Below, piece by piece: positions 11,540-24,907 of a stretch of 64,000 bases of DNA (within the stretch, counting starts at the first letter, position 1; every line of letters begins with the position of its first letter). Source of the stretch: Felis catus (lineage: Eukaryota). Location: positions 40,116,001-40,180,000 of the forward strand of contig NC_058368.1 of assembly GCF_018350175.1 (NCBI RefSeq), written 5' to 3'. Made by a program: the position numbers and the translations under genes. Under the pieces are notes generated by a model, which ran no database searches, had not been told where the DNA came from, and saw only the letters and a program-made list of their open reading frames with translations.

Positions 11540-11730
11540 CTGACTTAGTACCCCTTTGCCCATTCTTTTAATCTCTCCAGATTTTATTAAATCTTAAATC
11601 TTCAAGCATAGTGTTTGCTTTTCCTCTCATTTTGAATCATCTGCTTCCCAGCACTCTTTCCAGATTGTTAATAAATATGTTAAATAGCTATGGGCCTGAA
11701 ACTAATCCTAGAGGGTCTTACTAGATGCTA
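11540..11730 (-). mobile_element. CR1/L3 LINE relic
   Basis: 'ccagattgttaataaatatgttaaatagctatgggcctgaaactaatcctagagggtcttactag' resembles the antisense CR1 RT region. Confidence 0.5.
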
Positions 11731-13362
11731 TTTTTTTAAAAGCCCAATATGGTTCTATTAATAATAATACCTATGCATTTTAATATGGCTCTCTTTTTGA
11801 TACCCACAATATTATGTTGTACTGGGATAAATTTTAATAGGATATATTTGATAATAGACTTCACAAATCCTCATTGAAGTCGTTATTAAGTTGAAATTGA
11901 AAGAATAGTATTCTTCATACCCATACCAAACATAACCCATGTATATAATTCTATTTAAGTCCATTTTAAGCAAGTATAATAAATGAAAATAAAAGCCAAT
12001 GTGGCATCACCCAGGAGGAAACCTCTGGGCTATACACAGTCAATTACCTAATCTTCTGAACCTTCCTTGGGGTAACCCAGTAAGCACAACAAAGGCTGTG
12101 AGCATTTGAATTGATTATCTTGAGATTTCCTCTTTGGTAACCTGAAAGTGTTGAACTGATATCGAAAGTGACTTCCTTCTTTAAAACCCACAGGGATTAA
12201 TAAAATCAGCGCCAGAAAGGACATTTTCAGTAAAGACAGTCCCCTTGAAACTAAACCTGCATGTAGCTGGAAATGTTGGCAGTCTTGGAGACCTTAATTG
12301 TCAGAGGCAATTCTGTACATTTAAGGACCTGGGGCTCACTGGAATTAAAGTCAACTGTAGCTGCAATAAGCTGTCTACAAAAATCTTATCTGGACCTTTA
12401 CACAAATTACTCTTTCTTATAGGGTTGTTTCGTGTATATGTTTTTAACATAAGCATACATTATTTTTGTCTAATTAGCCTTTCCTTGTACTTTGATGTGA
12501 AGTCAAATGTCTGATTATTTCTTAATTATGTATTCTTTGGGGGAAGAAGCATAGATAAATAATCTGTGAGAACAGAAAACCCAAGACATTTATGTTGAAC
12601 TTTAAAAGTGATTTCTTATTTGTGTTTGCAATTATGTTTACACTAAATGTTCAGGATTACATATACCTCAAGCCAAAATACGTGATCACAGCCAAGGTTA
12701 AACGTAAGAACAGCCACAGGATTTTTTTATCTTTTTGTTGTGGTATTTAACTCTTTGCCATGGTCTACCACCCAAGTAGAGGGAACAAAATAACTCAATC
12801 ACAACTCAAAAGTAAAATGAAATACCACATTCATAATTCCTATTTACTTTTAGAGAGGGGCATGTTGAGGATATTTCTGCAAAAAATCCCAGCACTTCTC
12901 CCCACAAAAGGGAAGAGATAACAACAGATAAACATGAAACTGGATAAATCAAGTTACAAAACTGAAATATACTAGATGAGATTATACATGTAAAACAACC
13001 TCAGAAATAAACTGTTTCCTGAGCTGGAAGACAGTAAAGCAAAGGCTGATTGGACCTGAAGGAAAACTGCCATAGAAACAAAATGTCTATAAGATGGGGG
13101 ATGGGTGCTGGGCGCTGTTGATCTGTTGCTAGGCAAGGAAAAGCATTGTTTATTCTGGTGGGTACGTCAGTCCTGTCACTAGAGAGAGGTTCCTTATTAT
13201 ACAGCAGAGACTCCATTAGTTCAGAATAAATACCTACTTTCAAAGACACCCACTTCCTCCCTTTGCTCCATGCAATGTTTTAAATGTAATTTTATCCTCC
13301 TTGATATTTCAATAGAAAGAGGGTGCGCTATGTGGGAGACTAGATTAACATATTTTATTTTC

Positions 13363-13582
13363 TTTCTTTTTTAAAAATGTTTATTTATTTTTGAGACAAA
13401 GAGAGAGACAGAGTACGAGTGGGGGAGGGACAGAGAGAGAGAGGGAGACACAGAATCAGAAGCAGGCTCCATGCTCGGAGCTGTCAGCACAGATCCTGAT
13501 GTGGACCTCGAACTCACTAACTGTAAGATCATGACCTGAGCTGAAGTTGGATGCTTAACTGACTGAGCTACCCAGGAGCCCC
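13363..13582 (-). mobile_element. CAN-SINE
   Basis: Full head, (GA)n and T-tail; degenerate TSD. Confidence 0.9.
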
Positions 13583-14869
13583 AAAATATTTCACTTTCAA
13601 GGCAAATGAAATCCTTTAGTAGAAAGGCAAATGAATATCCGGTACACTAATGCCCAAAAATCCTGAAAAATTTTACTAGTTGGCAAACATTACAAGGAAT
13701 TGTATGATCAGCTATGAATGTTAAGTAGTTTAAACAAATGCAAGCAGTACTTACTGTATGATCATACTTGTGTTAAGTGTTACAGGGCACACAAAAAGAA
13801 CATATGGTTTATTTTATAATAAAAAATGTTCAGGGATTTGTTAGAAAATGATTGAAACACCCAGAAGATATATTATAGAAGATATGAAATTTACGTTGGA
13901 CCTTGAAGGATGTTACCATTTTTACATCACCAGTATAAGAAATGTTAGAAAGATCTATCATGAGCTGAGCACAACCTAACATGGCAAGGTACGACTACTA
14001 TCATTCACCATTATAAATGACATTCTTTCATGTTTTCATTATGGTCTGTTGTTATACAGTAAATTAGGATTCAGAATGAGTACTGGGTCTAAATTACTAA
14101 TGTTGTGATTAAATGAACTAACAGTCACCCAAGTAAATATTATTGCTCTCTGTTATGTTAATGTCTTAAAAGAAGATATTAACAACCTAAAACAACCACA
14201 TATTTTGTGTGTGGGGGGGTGCTCAGGGAGAGGAAGGAAATAAACCAATTTTAGTACAAAAAGAAAATAAACTAGTGTTGAAATGCCTCCTTCCCAAGAG
14301 TTACATGTGAACTATTTTGGGTAATCACACATATAAATTTTATATATTAGCAATTTTTGTTTCCTCCTGGAATTGATTGTTCAGAATTAAAAGCATTTAT
14401 GACTAATCCATTTAAAATCTTTGAGAAAAGCTTACCAAGAACTACTGATTTTAAATAATTCATTTACACAGATATTTCATCCCTTCACCTTTCCAATATA
14501 ATGTTTATACTTTAAAAAATGTTTGTGTGCATGACTTTGCTGAATAAAGATTATATTTAGCATTTGAAAAAGATACTTAGCTCTACTCCTAACTACTTTA
14601 TCCTAACTACTTTATTAAGGAAAAGTTCAGATTTTGCACATTCTCTAAATTTACATTAATAGTTTGTTGGATTTTACAACTGTTCATTTAATATTGGCTT
14701 TAACTACTTTCAATATTCTATTAATATATTTTCAAAATATTAATTTTGTAAATCTTCTATGGAGATCATTTATCTTTATCTGTTTATTACTACTTTTCTC
14801 TTATGTCCCATGCCTATTTCAATTACATTTTAGCAACAGTACAATTTAATTATAAAACACATAGTGAGG

Positions 14870-15065
14870 CAAACTAAGTTTGGATTTCTGCTCTAACATT
14901 TCATTCTATAATTCCTAAGAAGTTACTTATCTCTCTCTTTGTTCTTCATCTGTATCTTGGATACAAATTTCAACTATCTTGTAGGGATTTTATAAGGCTT
15001 AATAAGATAATTTATTAAATGAGGTTGGCAACTAATGAGTACTCAATGAATATTGCCACTATTAT
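14870..15065 (+). mobile_element. MIR relic
   Basis: 'ttcttcatctgta...ctatcttgtagggattttataagg...gagtactcaatgaatattgccactattat'. Confidence 0.55.
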
Positions 15066-15134
15066 GCTCCTTCTACTTAGAAATCTTCCCTTCTCGCCAC
15101 CAATGTTTGACTTTAAAACTTTATCATCACTTTG

Positions 15135-15370
15135 CTAGCATTTTTCTAAATGTGGATTATAATCCATTAATTGGCTTTGAAATCAATTCATTGGGTCTAA
15201 TTGCATTATCTCTTAAAAATGAAAATAAAATGAAATGGAAAAAATACCAAATTACATCAAACATAGTAAGATGAAGAAGTTTTATGAGACTTTTGTCTTA
15301 GTTATATGTGTGTGGGTATATCAATATTTTTTGTACCCTAAGTCACATTAAAATTCTAAAAAACACTTTC
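15135..15370. mobile_element. hAT-Charlie-like relic
   Basis: Ends 'gcatttttctaaatgtgg...' and '...aaattctaaaaaacact' resemble degenerate Charlie TIRs. Confidence 0.3.
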
Positions 15371-17170
15371 AGTGTTCTTTCTCTGAGTGTTTATGGAGTA
15401 TTTGAACTATGCCTTGAACTAAGGAACCCTACTACTCCCAATTTCTATTTTTCTTAAGGCTGCCAAATTAACTCTCTGAAAGATGAATCCTTATGACATA
15501 GCAATCTGTTTATTTTTAAATAAAAACAAAATATAAAAATTGGCAAAATTTTGAGCTCCCAATTTAATATGACATGTAGGATTCCTTCCTAAATTAATTC
15601 CAACCTGTCTTTTCCTAGGAAGTCTGTACTCCATTCACACTGATTTGCTAGTAACTTCCTAAATGCCATGCACTTTTACCAACCTGAAACACCTTCTTTT
15701 CCAATTGTTTGCTTCTATTCATCCTTCAAGTCACAGCTCAATTATCTTCTACTCAAGGAAGACTTGGCTGACTCAAAAGACAAGTGCAGCCCTCCTTGGT
15801 TGCTCTTTGGTGTTATCACTGATATGGGTTTTTGTCTACCTAAAACAAACAATAAATTAATAGCAATGAAATAAATTTTGGTAGTGTATTTTTTCCACTA
15901 AAATATTAAGTTTGCCTCAAATTCAATAATTGTCAGTAATGACTTTATTACTTTTGAGCTATAAAATGATGCTATATTTTATGGACAATTTGTTGTATTT
16001 TTCTCTCGCAAGTTAAATAATTTACATAAATAGGAGATCTGAATTACTAAAAACCATTATCATGGTGATCATCTAATTTACATAACAATACAGTATTACA
16101 GGAATATGGTCACCCTGACACATCTCTATCATTTGAGAATCAGTATCTTCAACAGTCTACTTAACTCATTTGCTTTGGCAATTTTTAAATTTGTATGTTT
16201 AACTGAGGAATATATATTTGTGTCTCTGTACTATTTTATATTTTTTACAGTTTTTTTTTTCAGAATTAACATCATTTGAGAAGAAAACATGGTCTTATTT
16301 ATATACAGCAGGCATGTCTTCATGTCTGTATATGGAAGTTTTGGGGGTTTTATTTTGCTTTTTGTTTCAGTAACTGTTAAAACATGTTTCATGTCACTCT
16401 TTTAGTAATTAAGAGAAAAATGGGGGAAAAAGTAACAGACGTAGCAGTATAAAAGTAGACTGTCATTCATCCAGGAAAAAGTAAAGCTGAATTAAAATAA
16501 TTCTGACCCTGAGGACAATACTACAGTCACATTCAAGAGGAGGGAAGAAGGTAGATAGGACTTGAAAAAAAGGGGTGCCTTATTTTGCTTGACATAAAAT
16601 ATTTAACAGTACATATTTTTGTGAGAGGATCTGAAAAATACTTTCTTTACTATATCTGGAACCTTGGGGGTACCCAGATTATAAAAGTCAATAACTCAGA
16701 ATCAAATAACCAAAAAGGCATGTTTTTTGCATTTATATGAAAGACTACAACCGAAGGGAAAATATGCTTCTTAGCTTGAATAATACACACAGGAAAGAAA
16801 ATTTACATTGCAAAAATTGAGGGGGGGGGTATTGTTAACTTAAGAGATACAGTAGTCATTATTACTAACAAAAGTTATAGTCCAATATGCTGTCTTTATC
16901 ATTTTATATATTTGTAAGACTTGTGAGTTCACTTCCAATCTCAGCATAGCAACTCTAGTGTTTCAGAAAGATTTTTAATCTCTCAATTTGGTTATATTAT
17001 AGGGATTTTTCAGAAAAAATAATCCTTGCACAGATTGCAGAATGAGGGATAGGATAGGATAGACAAGATACAACACGCAGTATTTATACTCACAGAACTC
17101 ATACTCATGTTGAAAATAATAGCATTAATAAAGATGCAACAATTGGATAAAGGTAGAGACTAAACCAAAC

Positions 17171-17335
17171 ATATATATATTATATATATATGATATATTA
17201 TATATTATATATATAATATATAATATATATATAATATATATAATATATATAATATATATAATATATATATATATTATATATATATTATATATATAATGGA
17301 TGGATATATAATATATATATAATATATATATAATG
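17171..17335. repeat. (TA)n-rich low-complexity repeat
   Basis: Imperfect TA/TAA tract, seen directly. Confidence 0.9.
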
Positions 17336-17999
17336 GATGGTCATTCAGAGAAGTAGAAAAAGACAAGTTTTTGATGGTCATTTTAAAGGTAATAAAGTTG
17401 GGAAATTTTCCAAAAATGATTAAGATTTGAATAAGTAGACATGAATGCTAAGTACATATGTAATGTAAATATTCAAATGGCACTAATAAATTCAATACTT
17501 CAACGTTTTTCACTATTAAAATGGAAAGCAACAGATTAACAGATGGTGATTTATTAAAATGCCTTGAGATATTGAATGTAATAATTTAACAACATAGATA
17601 CAATGTTATAAGAAAATAAATGATTAAGACTAAATGTGTTATTCATAAACTGTGTTCAGTTGAGAGAGGAATCATTTGGGTGGGACATGGTAAAAAGTGT
17701 ATCTTCATAGTTGTATAGTTAATGAACTCAGTTATGACTTACATACATATAGTGTGATTTGAACTGTTCCATGCACAAAGAGTAACATACTCAAATAATG
17801 TTCATAATGATTTATTCACAGTGACCAGATTAGATTTTTTAATAAGGAATTTTTTTCAATCAATAATAAAAGATAAAATCAAGCATACTGGGTAGAGGCA
17901 AATTGTTGTGGAATACAAATGCCCATAAAACAAAGCCTTGTGATTCATGTTACTCTTTGGGTTTATTATCATTACTAGTCCTCATGGGTGTGCAACTTT

Positions 18000-18180
18000 G
18001 CAATGTCAAAAATATTTATCTCTACTATGCCAGTTAGTTGTCAAAATAATTCTTTGTGCAAACTAAGCCATAGAAAGTTTAAATTATTTACAAGTAAAGT
18101 TATATATCTAATAAGTGGGGAAGCCAGGACCATAGTGCAAGTATTTTTTATAGCCAAGTCCATTGTTTTATTGGATACTT
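18000..18180 (-). mobile_element. MIR relic
   Basis: 'aaactaagccatagaaagtttaaattatttacaag...ctaataagtggggaagccaggac'. Confidence 0.45.
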
Positions 18181-18223
18181 AGACTGCAAGTAATAGGAAT
18201 CTGAATTTAAAATGGCTTAAACA

Positions 18224-18452
18224 GGGGCGCCTGGGTGGCGCAGTCGGTTAAGCGTCCGACTTCAGCCAGGTCACGATCTCGCGGTCCGTGAGTTCGAGCC
18301 CCGCATCGGGCTCTGGTCGGGCTCTGGGCTGACGGCTCAGAGCCTGGAGCCTGTTTCTGATTCTGTGTCTCCCTCTCTCTCTGCCCCTCCCCCGTTCATG
18401 CTCTGTCTCTCTCTGTCCCAAAATAAATAAACGTTGAAAAAAAATTTTTTTT
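18224..18452 (+). mobile_element. Young CAN-SINE
   Basis: CpG-rich young copy with an internal 11-bp duplication; flanked by aaatggcttaaa copies. Confidence 0.95.
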
Positions 18453-18464
18453 AAATGGCTTAAA

Positions 18465-20197
18465 GAAACTATAGAAAGCATATGAAGGTAATTGAAGAAG
18501 ATATAAAGAAATGGAAAGGCATTCCCTGCTCATGGATTGGAAGAATAAATATTGTCAAAATGTCAATACTACCCAAAGCTATCTACACATTCAATGCAAT
18601 CCCAATCAAAATTTCACCAGCATTCTTCTCGAAACTAGAACAAGCCATCCTAAAATTCATATGGAACCACAAAAGGCCCCGAATAGCCAAAGTAATTTTG
18701 AAGAAGAAGACCAAAGCAGGAGGCATCACAATCCCAGACTTTAGCCTCTACTACAAAGCTGTCATCATCAAGACAACATGGTATTGGCACAAAAACAGAC
18801 ACATAGACCAATGGAATAGAATAGAAACCCCAGAACTAGACCCACAAACGTATGGCCAACTCATCTTTGACAAAGCAAGAAAGAACATCCAATGGAAAAA
18901 AGACAGCCTCTTTAACAAATGGTGCTGGGAGAACTGGGCAGCAACATGCAGAAGGTTGAAACTAGACCACTTTCTCACACCATTCACAAAAATAAACTCA
19001 AAATGGATAAAGGACCTGAATGTGAGACAGGAAACCATCAAAACCTTAGAGGAGAAAGCAGGAAAAGACCTCTCTGACCTCAGCCGTAGCAATCTCTTAC
19101 TCGACACATCCCCAAAGGCAAGGGAATTAAAAGCAAAAGTGAATTACTGGGACCTTATGAAGATAAAAAGCTTCTGCACAGCAAAGGAAACAACCAACAA
19201 AACTAAAAGGCAACCAACGGAATGGGAAAAAATATTTGCAAATGACATATCGGACAAAGGGCTAGTATTCAAAATCTATAAAGAGCTCACCAAACTCCAC
19301 ACCCGAAAAACAAATAACCCAGTGAAGAAATGGGCAGAAAACATGAATAGACACTTCTCTAAAGAAGACATCCAGATGGCCAACAGGCACATGAAAAGAT
19401 GCTCAACGTCACTCCTCATCAGGGAAATACAAATCAAAACCACACTCAGATATCACCTCACGCCAGTCAGAGTGGCCAAAATGAACATATCAGGAGACTA
19501 TAGATGCTGGCGAGGATGTGGAGAAACGGGAACCCTCTTGCACTGTTGGTGGGAATGCAAATTGGTGCAGCCGCTCTGGAAAGCAGTGTGGAGGTTCCTC
19601 AGAAAATTAAAAATAGACCTACCCTATGACCCAGCAATAGCACTGCTAGGAATTTATCCAAGGGATACAGGAGTACTGATGCATAGGGGCACTTGTACCC
19701 CAATGTTTATAGCAGCACTCTCAACAATAGCCAAATTATGGAAAGAGCCTAAATGTTCATCAACTGATGAATGGATAAAGAAATTGTGGTTTATATACAC
19801 AATAGAGTACTACGTGCCAATGAGAAAGAATGAAATATGGCCTTTTGTAGCAACGTGGATGGAACTGGAGAGTGTGATGCTAAGCAAAATAAGCCATACA
19901 GAGAAAGACAGATACCATATGTTTTCACTCTTATGTGGATCCTAAGAAACTTAACAGAAACCCATGGGGGAAGGGAAGGAAAAAAAAAAAAGAGGTTAGA
20001 GTGGGAGAGAGCCAAAGCATAAGAGACTGTTAAAAACTGAGAACAAACTGAGGGTTGATGGGGGGTGGGAGGGAGGGGAGGGTGGGTGATGGGTATTGAG
20101 GAGGGCACCTTTTGGGATGAGCACTGGGTGTTGTATGGAAACCAATTTGACAATAAATTTCATATATTAAAAAAATAAAAATAAAAAAATAAAAATA
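18465..20197 (+). mobile_element. Young 5'-truncated felid L1 (ORF2 3' part, 3'UTR, A-tail)
   Basis: Open ORF2 C-terminus, G-rich 3'UTR tract, AATAAA, A-rich tail, TSD aaatggcttaaa/aaatgacttaaa. Confidence 0.97.
18482..19945 (+). pseudogene. L1 ORF2p C-terminal fragment (487 aa; no EN and no RT core)
   Basis: [22 protein letters not shown] and an intact CCHC motif [18 protein letters not shown]; frame uninterrupted. Confidence 0.95.
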
Positions 20198-21779
20198 AAA
20201 TGACTTAAACATTTACAAAATTTACAAACTTTATAAGAAAAAGTTCAAAGTAAAGCAGCAGTGTTATTTAATTAAACAGTACTGTCATTATTAAATTCAG
20301 GTATTTTTTCATACTTTGTCATCTATTATTGAATTCATCCTCAGAATATTGGCATTTCCGATCATTATATGAAAACATGATGATGTTCAGAAGACGAAAG
20401 AAGTATTTTCCTGTGATTTTTTAAGGGGCTTGAAGGAAAATTTTACAGAAGCACATTTCCCTTAGCCTTTTTGGGAAACATGCATATTACTGATATAGTC
20501 ACTAGAAGTGAAAAGAAATTGCTTACAGACCAGATAAAACCTTCTCTGAAGTTGGTGGCAGGGAGTTGTCTTGTGTCATATATCTGCATGAAGGCAGGGT
20601 GGATAGCTAAAGAAGGAAGGAGGTATATGTGCTGCATAGATAACTCAAAGTGACAGCCTCATTCTGTGTTTTTTTTTTTCCTGCAACTATAAATGTAATA
20701 TGATTACTAAATGAACACATATCAAGTGAACCAAACTGATACAATGTGTGTGATCTTTACTGAATGGCATTTGATAACTGGAGAGTTCTTGTTTCTTATT
20801 GATTCTGCAAAAATTACTGAAATATTAGCAGCTTAAAACATTATCATCTTAGAGTTTCATACCTTATTTTTGTAATTTATAAATTGCATTAAATGCTTAT
20901 TTAAAATGGTCTGAAACTTGATTTGCTACATTGGATGTTTGATGTGTTATTAAGAAAAATGTTGAGTAGCCATAACTGCATTTACCGATATAGTGCAAAA
21001 ACATTTGCTTGATAATGGGGATACTTGGATTTTGATCCAAGTTATGCCAGGAGAAAGCTTTATAACATTTTGCAAGCCAATTAATTCCTGTAGGACTCAG
21101 TTATCTCATGTGGTGGCCAGACTATATTATAACTTAAGGACCCTTTCAGTTATACCACTTCTAAATATCAGTCCAATATTTCTGGAAAAAAAACTCAAAT
21201 CTATAGATAGCCATATTATGCTGATTGAACTATATGAATTGACATATTATTATTAGAAGAATGTGATTTCAGAACTGTATAGAATAATATACTCTTTGGG
21301 TTCCAATTTGAAATATGTTATTTGTTGTGAAATCATTGACTTATCTTACGTTTGCTAATTCAACTAACTCTGTCTTGAGAATCCAGTTTCCAAAATATCT
21401 ACTGTTGCTTAAGATCATAAAGGTTCTGTAGAAAACAACCTAGCAGGCACCATCACCATAATTGCTTATTCTCTCTTGGACCAGATTTAAGTGTGAAGAA
21501 ACAAGTTGGAAACAGGTAAGAAACTTTTTTTTTTTTCGGGCAAGAAAACTTAGGATCTACACTTACACACGGGAATGGAAGAAGATGGAGAAAGCATTTT
21601 GAGAATGTAAAGGAGACTGATATACAAAAACAGTTTTTCACATAAATACACTCACACACAAACATACACTTTGCTTACATATACCTTTTTCTTTTTTCCC
21701 TGTCACGCTAGTCCAGCAATTTCAAAATCTTACTTATTGATTTGCCTTGCTAAATAGAATTTATTTAAGAAGCAGCATT

Positions 21780-21982
21780 GGGGTACCTGGGTGGCTCAAT
21801 GGTTAAGCGTCTGACTCTTGATTTTGGTGCAGGTCATGATCTCACAGTTTTTGTGAGATCAAGCCCCATGTTGGGCTCCATGCTGACAGTGTGATGCCTG
21901 CTTGGGATTCTCTCCCTCTCACTCTCCGCCCCTCTCCCACTCGTGCTCTCTCTAAACATAAATAAATATATATTTTTTAAAA
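21780..21982 (+). mobile_element. CAN-SINE (older subfamily)
   Basis: Head with 'gactcttgattttgg', 'cctgcttgggattctctc', A-rich tail. Confidence 0.9.
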
Positions 21983-22999
21983 GATGAGGTACAAAAGTAT
22001 ATTTCATAGAAGGATCATATACCCATATGATGAGTAAATCTTCAGAATTACCAAATGCTATCAGTACCCCAATAACTCAGAGTCACATAGGTGAAGGGAC
22101 TGTTTTGCTTCTGGTCAAAATTGGTTGAAAGACTTTTGGTGGTGGATACGTTGAGATCTCTGCAATAAATTAAAAAGATCAATACAGAATGAGGCCTAAA
22201 TGAGTTGATTCCTGGGGTAGGGATACATAATATTTTAGATTTGACTGTATTAAAAAGTGTATCATATCAATAAGTCACCATTTATTTTCTTACAGTGTAT
22301 AAGGTATTAGCTTTTATTTTGAAGTAGCCAGTTCAAAACATAACACAAAAGCATAAAAACCAAAACATTTCTAAGGAGAGATGTACATATCTATTTCAGA
22401 CAATAACAAATATGCTTTTTCTGTTATTGTTCTAGTTTTAAATTACCTCCATGGAGTTTATTATTGAGTTGATTTTTACTTGGTGTTGATTAAACGGTAC
22501 TGTGAAAGTTTAACTTCAAAATTACCATGTATCAGGTAATCCAGGCTAGGTGATACCTTATCTTTGACAAGTTAGCATATTTTTTTTCTTTTTTTTTTAA
22601 AGAATGCCATAATGGTCTTTTCTCAGAAATAATACTCTTTTAGATGAAATGCTTGATCCTTTGTTATGGATTTTATTAGTTGAGCACATTTTTAATGGAG
22701 AAACTATCTCCCAAGAAAGGAAAACTTAAACAACTTTAATGGGCAAGTGCAAATGTATTATTTGTGATCAAGATTCGGCAGAAGACTTGGCATGCAATTT
22801 TCTATCTTCAGACTTTAGTTCTCAAAAGATTTTCCTTCACATTTCCTCTCATAGGAAAAATTCCTCCTGTCCTTTAAGCCTTCAGTCTAATTATAATAAT
22901 GATTAGGATTATTTAAAAAATATGAAATAACTCTATGTGATGGGCTCTTCAATAAGTATATTATATTCACGTCAATTTTTTCTTTGATTTTTCAAATTA

Positions 23000-23641
23000 A
23001 AAAAAATTTTTTTTCAAATTTTTATTTAAATTCTACTTAGTTAACATATAATGATGTAATGTTGGTTTCAGGAGTAGAATTTAGTGATTCATCACTTACA
23101 TATAACACCCAGTGCTCAACACAAGTGCCCTCCTTGATGCCTATCACCCATTTAACCCATCTTCCACCCACCTTCAATCCAGCAACCCTCAATTTGTTCT
23201 CTATAGTTAAGAATCTCATAATTTGGGGGGCCCAAGGGTTCAGTCAGTTAAGCATCTGACTTTGGGTCAGGTTATGATCTCATGGTCCGTGACTTTAAAC
23301 ATCACATCAAGCTCTGTGCTGACAGCTAGTAGCCTGGAGCCTGTTTCAGATTCTGTGTCTTCCTCTCTCTCTGCCCATCCCTGACTTGCACCCTGTCTCT
23401 CTCTCTCAAAAATAAACATTAAAAAAAGAGTCATAATTTGCTTTCCTCTATTTTTCCACCTTTCCGTATGTTCATCTGTTTTTTTTTATTAACTTCTACA
23501 TATGAGTAAAATAATATGGCATTTGTTTTTCTCTTACTGACTTGTTTTGCTTAGTATAATACACTCTAGCTCCATCCACATCATTGCAAATGGCAAGATT
23601 TCATTCTTTTTGATGGCTGAATAATATTCCATTATATATAC

Positions 23642-23675
<34 letters not shown>

Positions 23676-24426
23676 ATAATGGTGCTATAAACATTGGGGT
23701 GCATGTGCCCCTTCAAATCAGTATTTTTGTATTCTCTGGGTAAATAGTAGTACAATTGCTGTCTCATAGGGTAGTTTTATTTTTAACTTTTTGAGGAAGC
23801 TCCATACTTTTTCCAAAATGGTTGCACTGGTCTGCATTCCCAGCAGCAGTGCAAGATGGTTCCCCTTTTTGTACATCCTTGCCAACATCTGTAGTTTTGT
23901 TTTGTTAATTTCAGCTGTTCTGACATGTGTGAGGGGGTATCTCATCATGGTTTTGATTTGTATTTCCCTGTTGATGAATGATGGTGAGCATCTTTTCATG
24001 GTCCCTTGGCCATCTGGATATCTTCTTTGGAAAAATGTCTATTCATGTCTTCTGTGCATTTCTTAACTGGACTATATGTTTTTTTGGGTATGGAGTTTGA
24101 TAAGTCCTTTATGGATTTTTGATACTGACCCTTTATCAGATATGTCATTTGCAAATATCTTCTCCCATTCCACAAGGTGTTTTTAGTTTTGTTGACTGTT
24201 TCCTTCACTGTGCAGAAGCTTTTTGTCTTCATGAAGTCCCAATAGTTCATTCTTGCTTTTGTTTCCCTTGTGTCCAGCAATGTGTCTAGTAAGAACTTAC
24301 TATGGTCGAGGTCAAAGAGGTTGTTGCCTGTGTTCTCCTCTAGGATTTTGATGGTTTCCTGTATCACATTTAGGTCTTTCATCCATTTTGAACTTATTTT
24401 TGCATATGGTGTAAGAAAGTGGTCAT
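23000..24426 (-). mobile_element. Carnivore L1 (L1_Carn-like), 3' portion
   Basis: Minus-strand ORF2 remnants (DHFLTPYAKISSKW, REIQIKTMMRY) plus 3'UTR and T-rich tail; contains a SINE and (TG)n. Confidence 0.93.
23225..23425 (+). mobile_element. CAN-SINE inserted in the L1 3'UTR
   Basis: TSD aagaatctcataattt/aagagtcataattt. Confidence 0.9.
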
Positions 24427-24907
24427 AATTGGGCAACCTGGAAGAAATGAATAAATTTCTAGAAGTGTAAAAACTGCCAAAACTGAAATAGGAAGAGATA
24501 GAAAATTTGAACACACTCATATCCAGCAAAGAAATTGAATTAGTAATCAAAAATTGCCCAAACAAACAAGAATTCTGGGCCAGATGGCTTCCCAGAGGAA
24601 TTTTACTAGATATTTAAAGAAGAGTTAATATCTATTCTTCCCACTTTGTTCCAAAAAATAGAAATGGAAGGAAAACTTCCAAATTCACTCTACAAGGCCA
24701 GAATTACCTTCATTGCAAAACCAGACAAAGATCCTACTAAAAAGGAGAATTATAGGCCAATATCCTTGATGTATCTGGATGCAAAAATTCTCAACAAGAT
24801 ACTAACAAATTGAATCCAATAGTACATTAAAAGAATTATTCACCATGATCAAGTGGGAGTTACTCCTGGGCTGCAGAGATGATTTGATATTTGCAAATCA
24901 ACCAACA
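24427..24907 (+). mobile_element. Inverted L1 ORF2 segment (5' inversion of the adjacent L1)
   Basis: Plus-strand translation LGNLEEMNKFLE...GPDGF...ENYRPISLM...IIHHDQVG, directly abutting the minus-strand L1. Confidence 0.9.

Larger units (their letters stand above)
18181..20655 (-). mobile_element. MaLR (MLT1-like) LTR relic interrupted by a SINE and an L1
   Basis: 'agactgcaagtaataggaatctgaatttaaaatggcttaaaca' resembles an MLT1 end and continues after the L1 at about 20197. Confidence 0.45.

Noticed and set aside
18751..19107. Antisense ORFs within the L1 copies
   Set aside because: Shadow frames of L1 ORF2.
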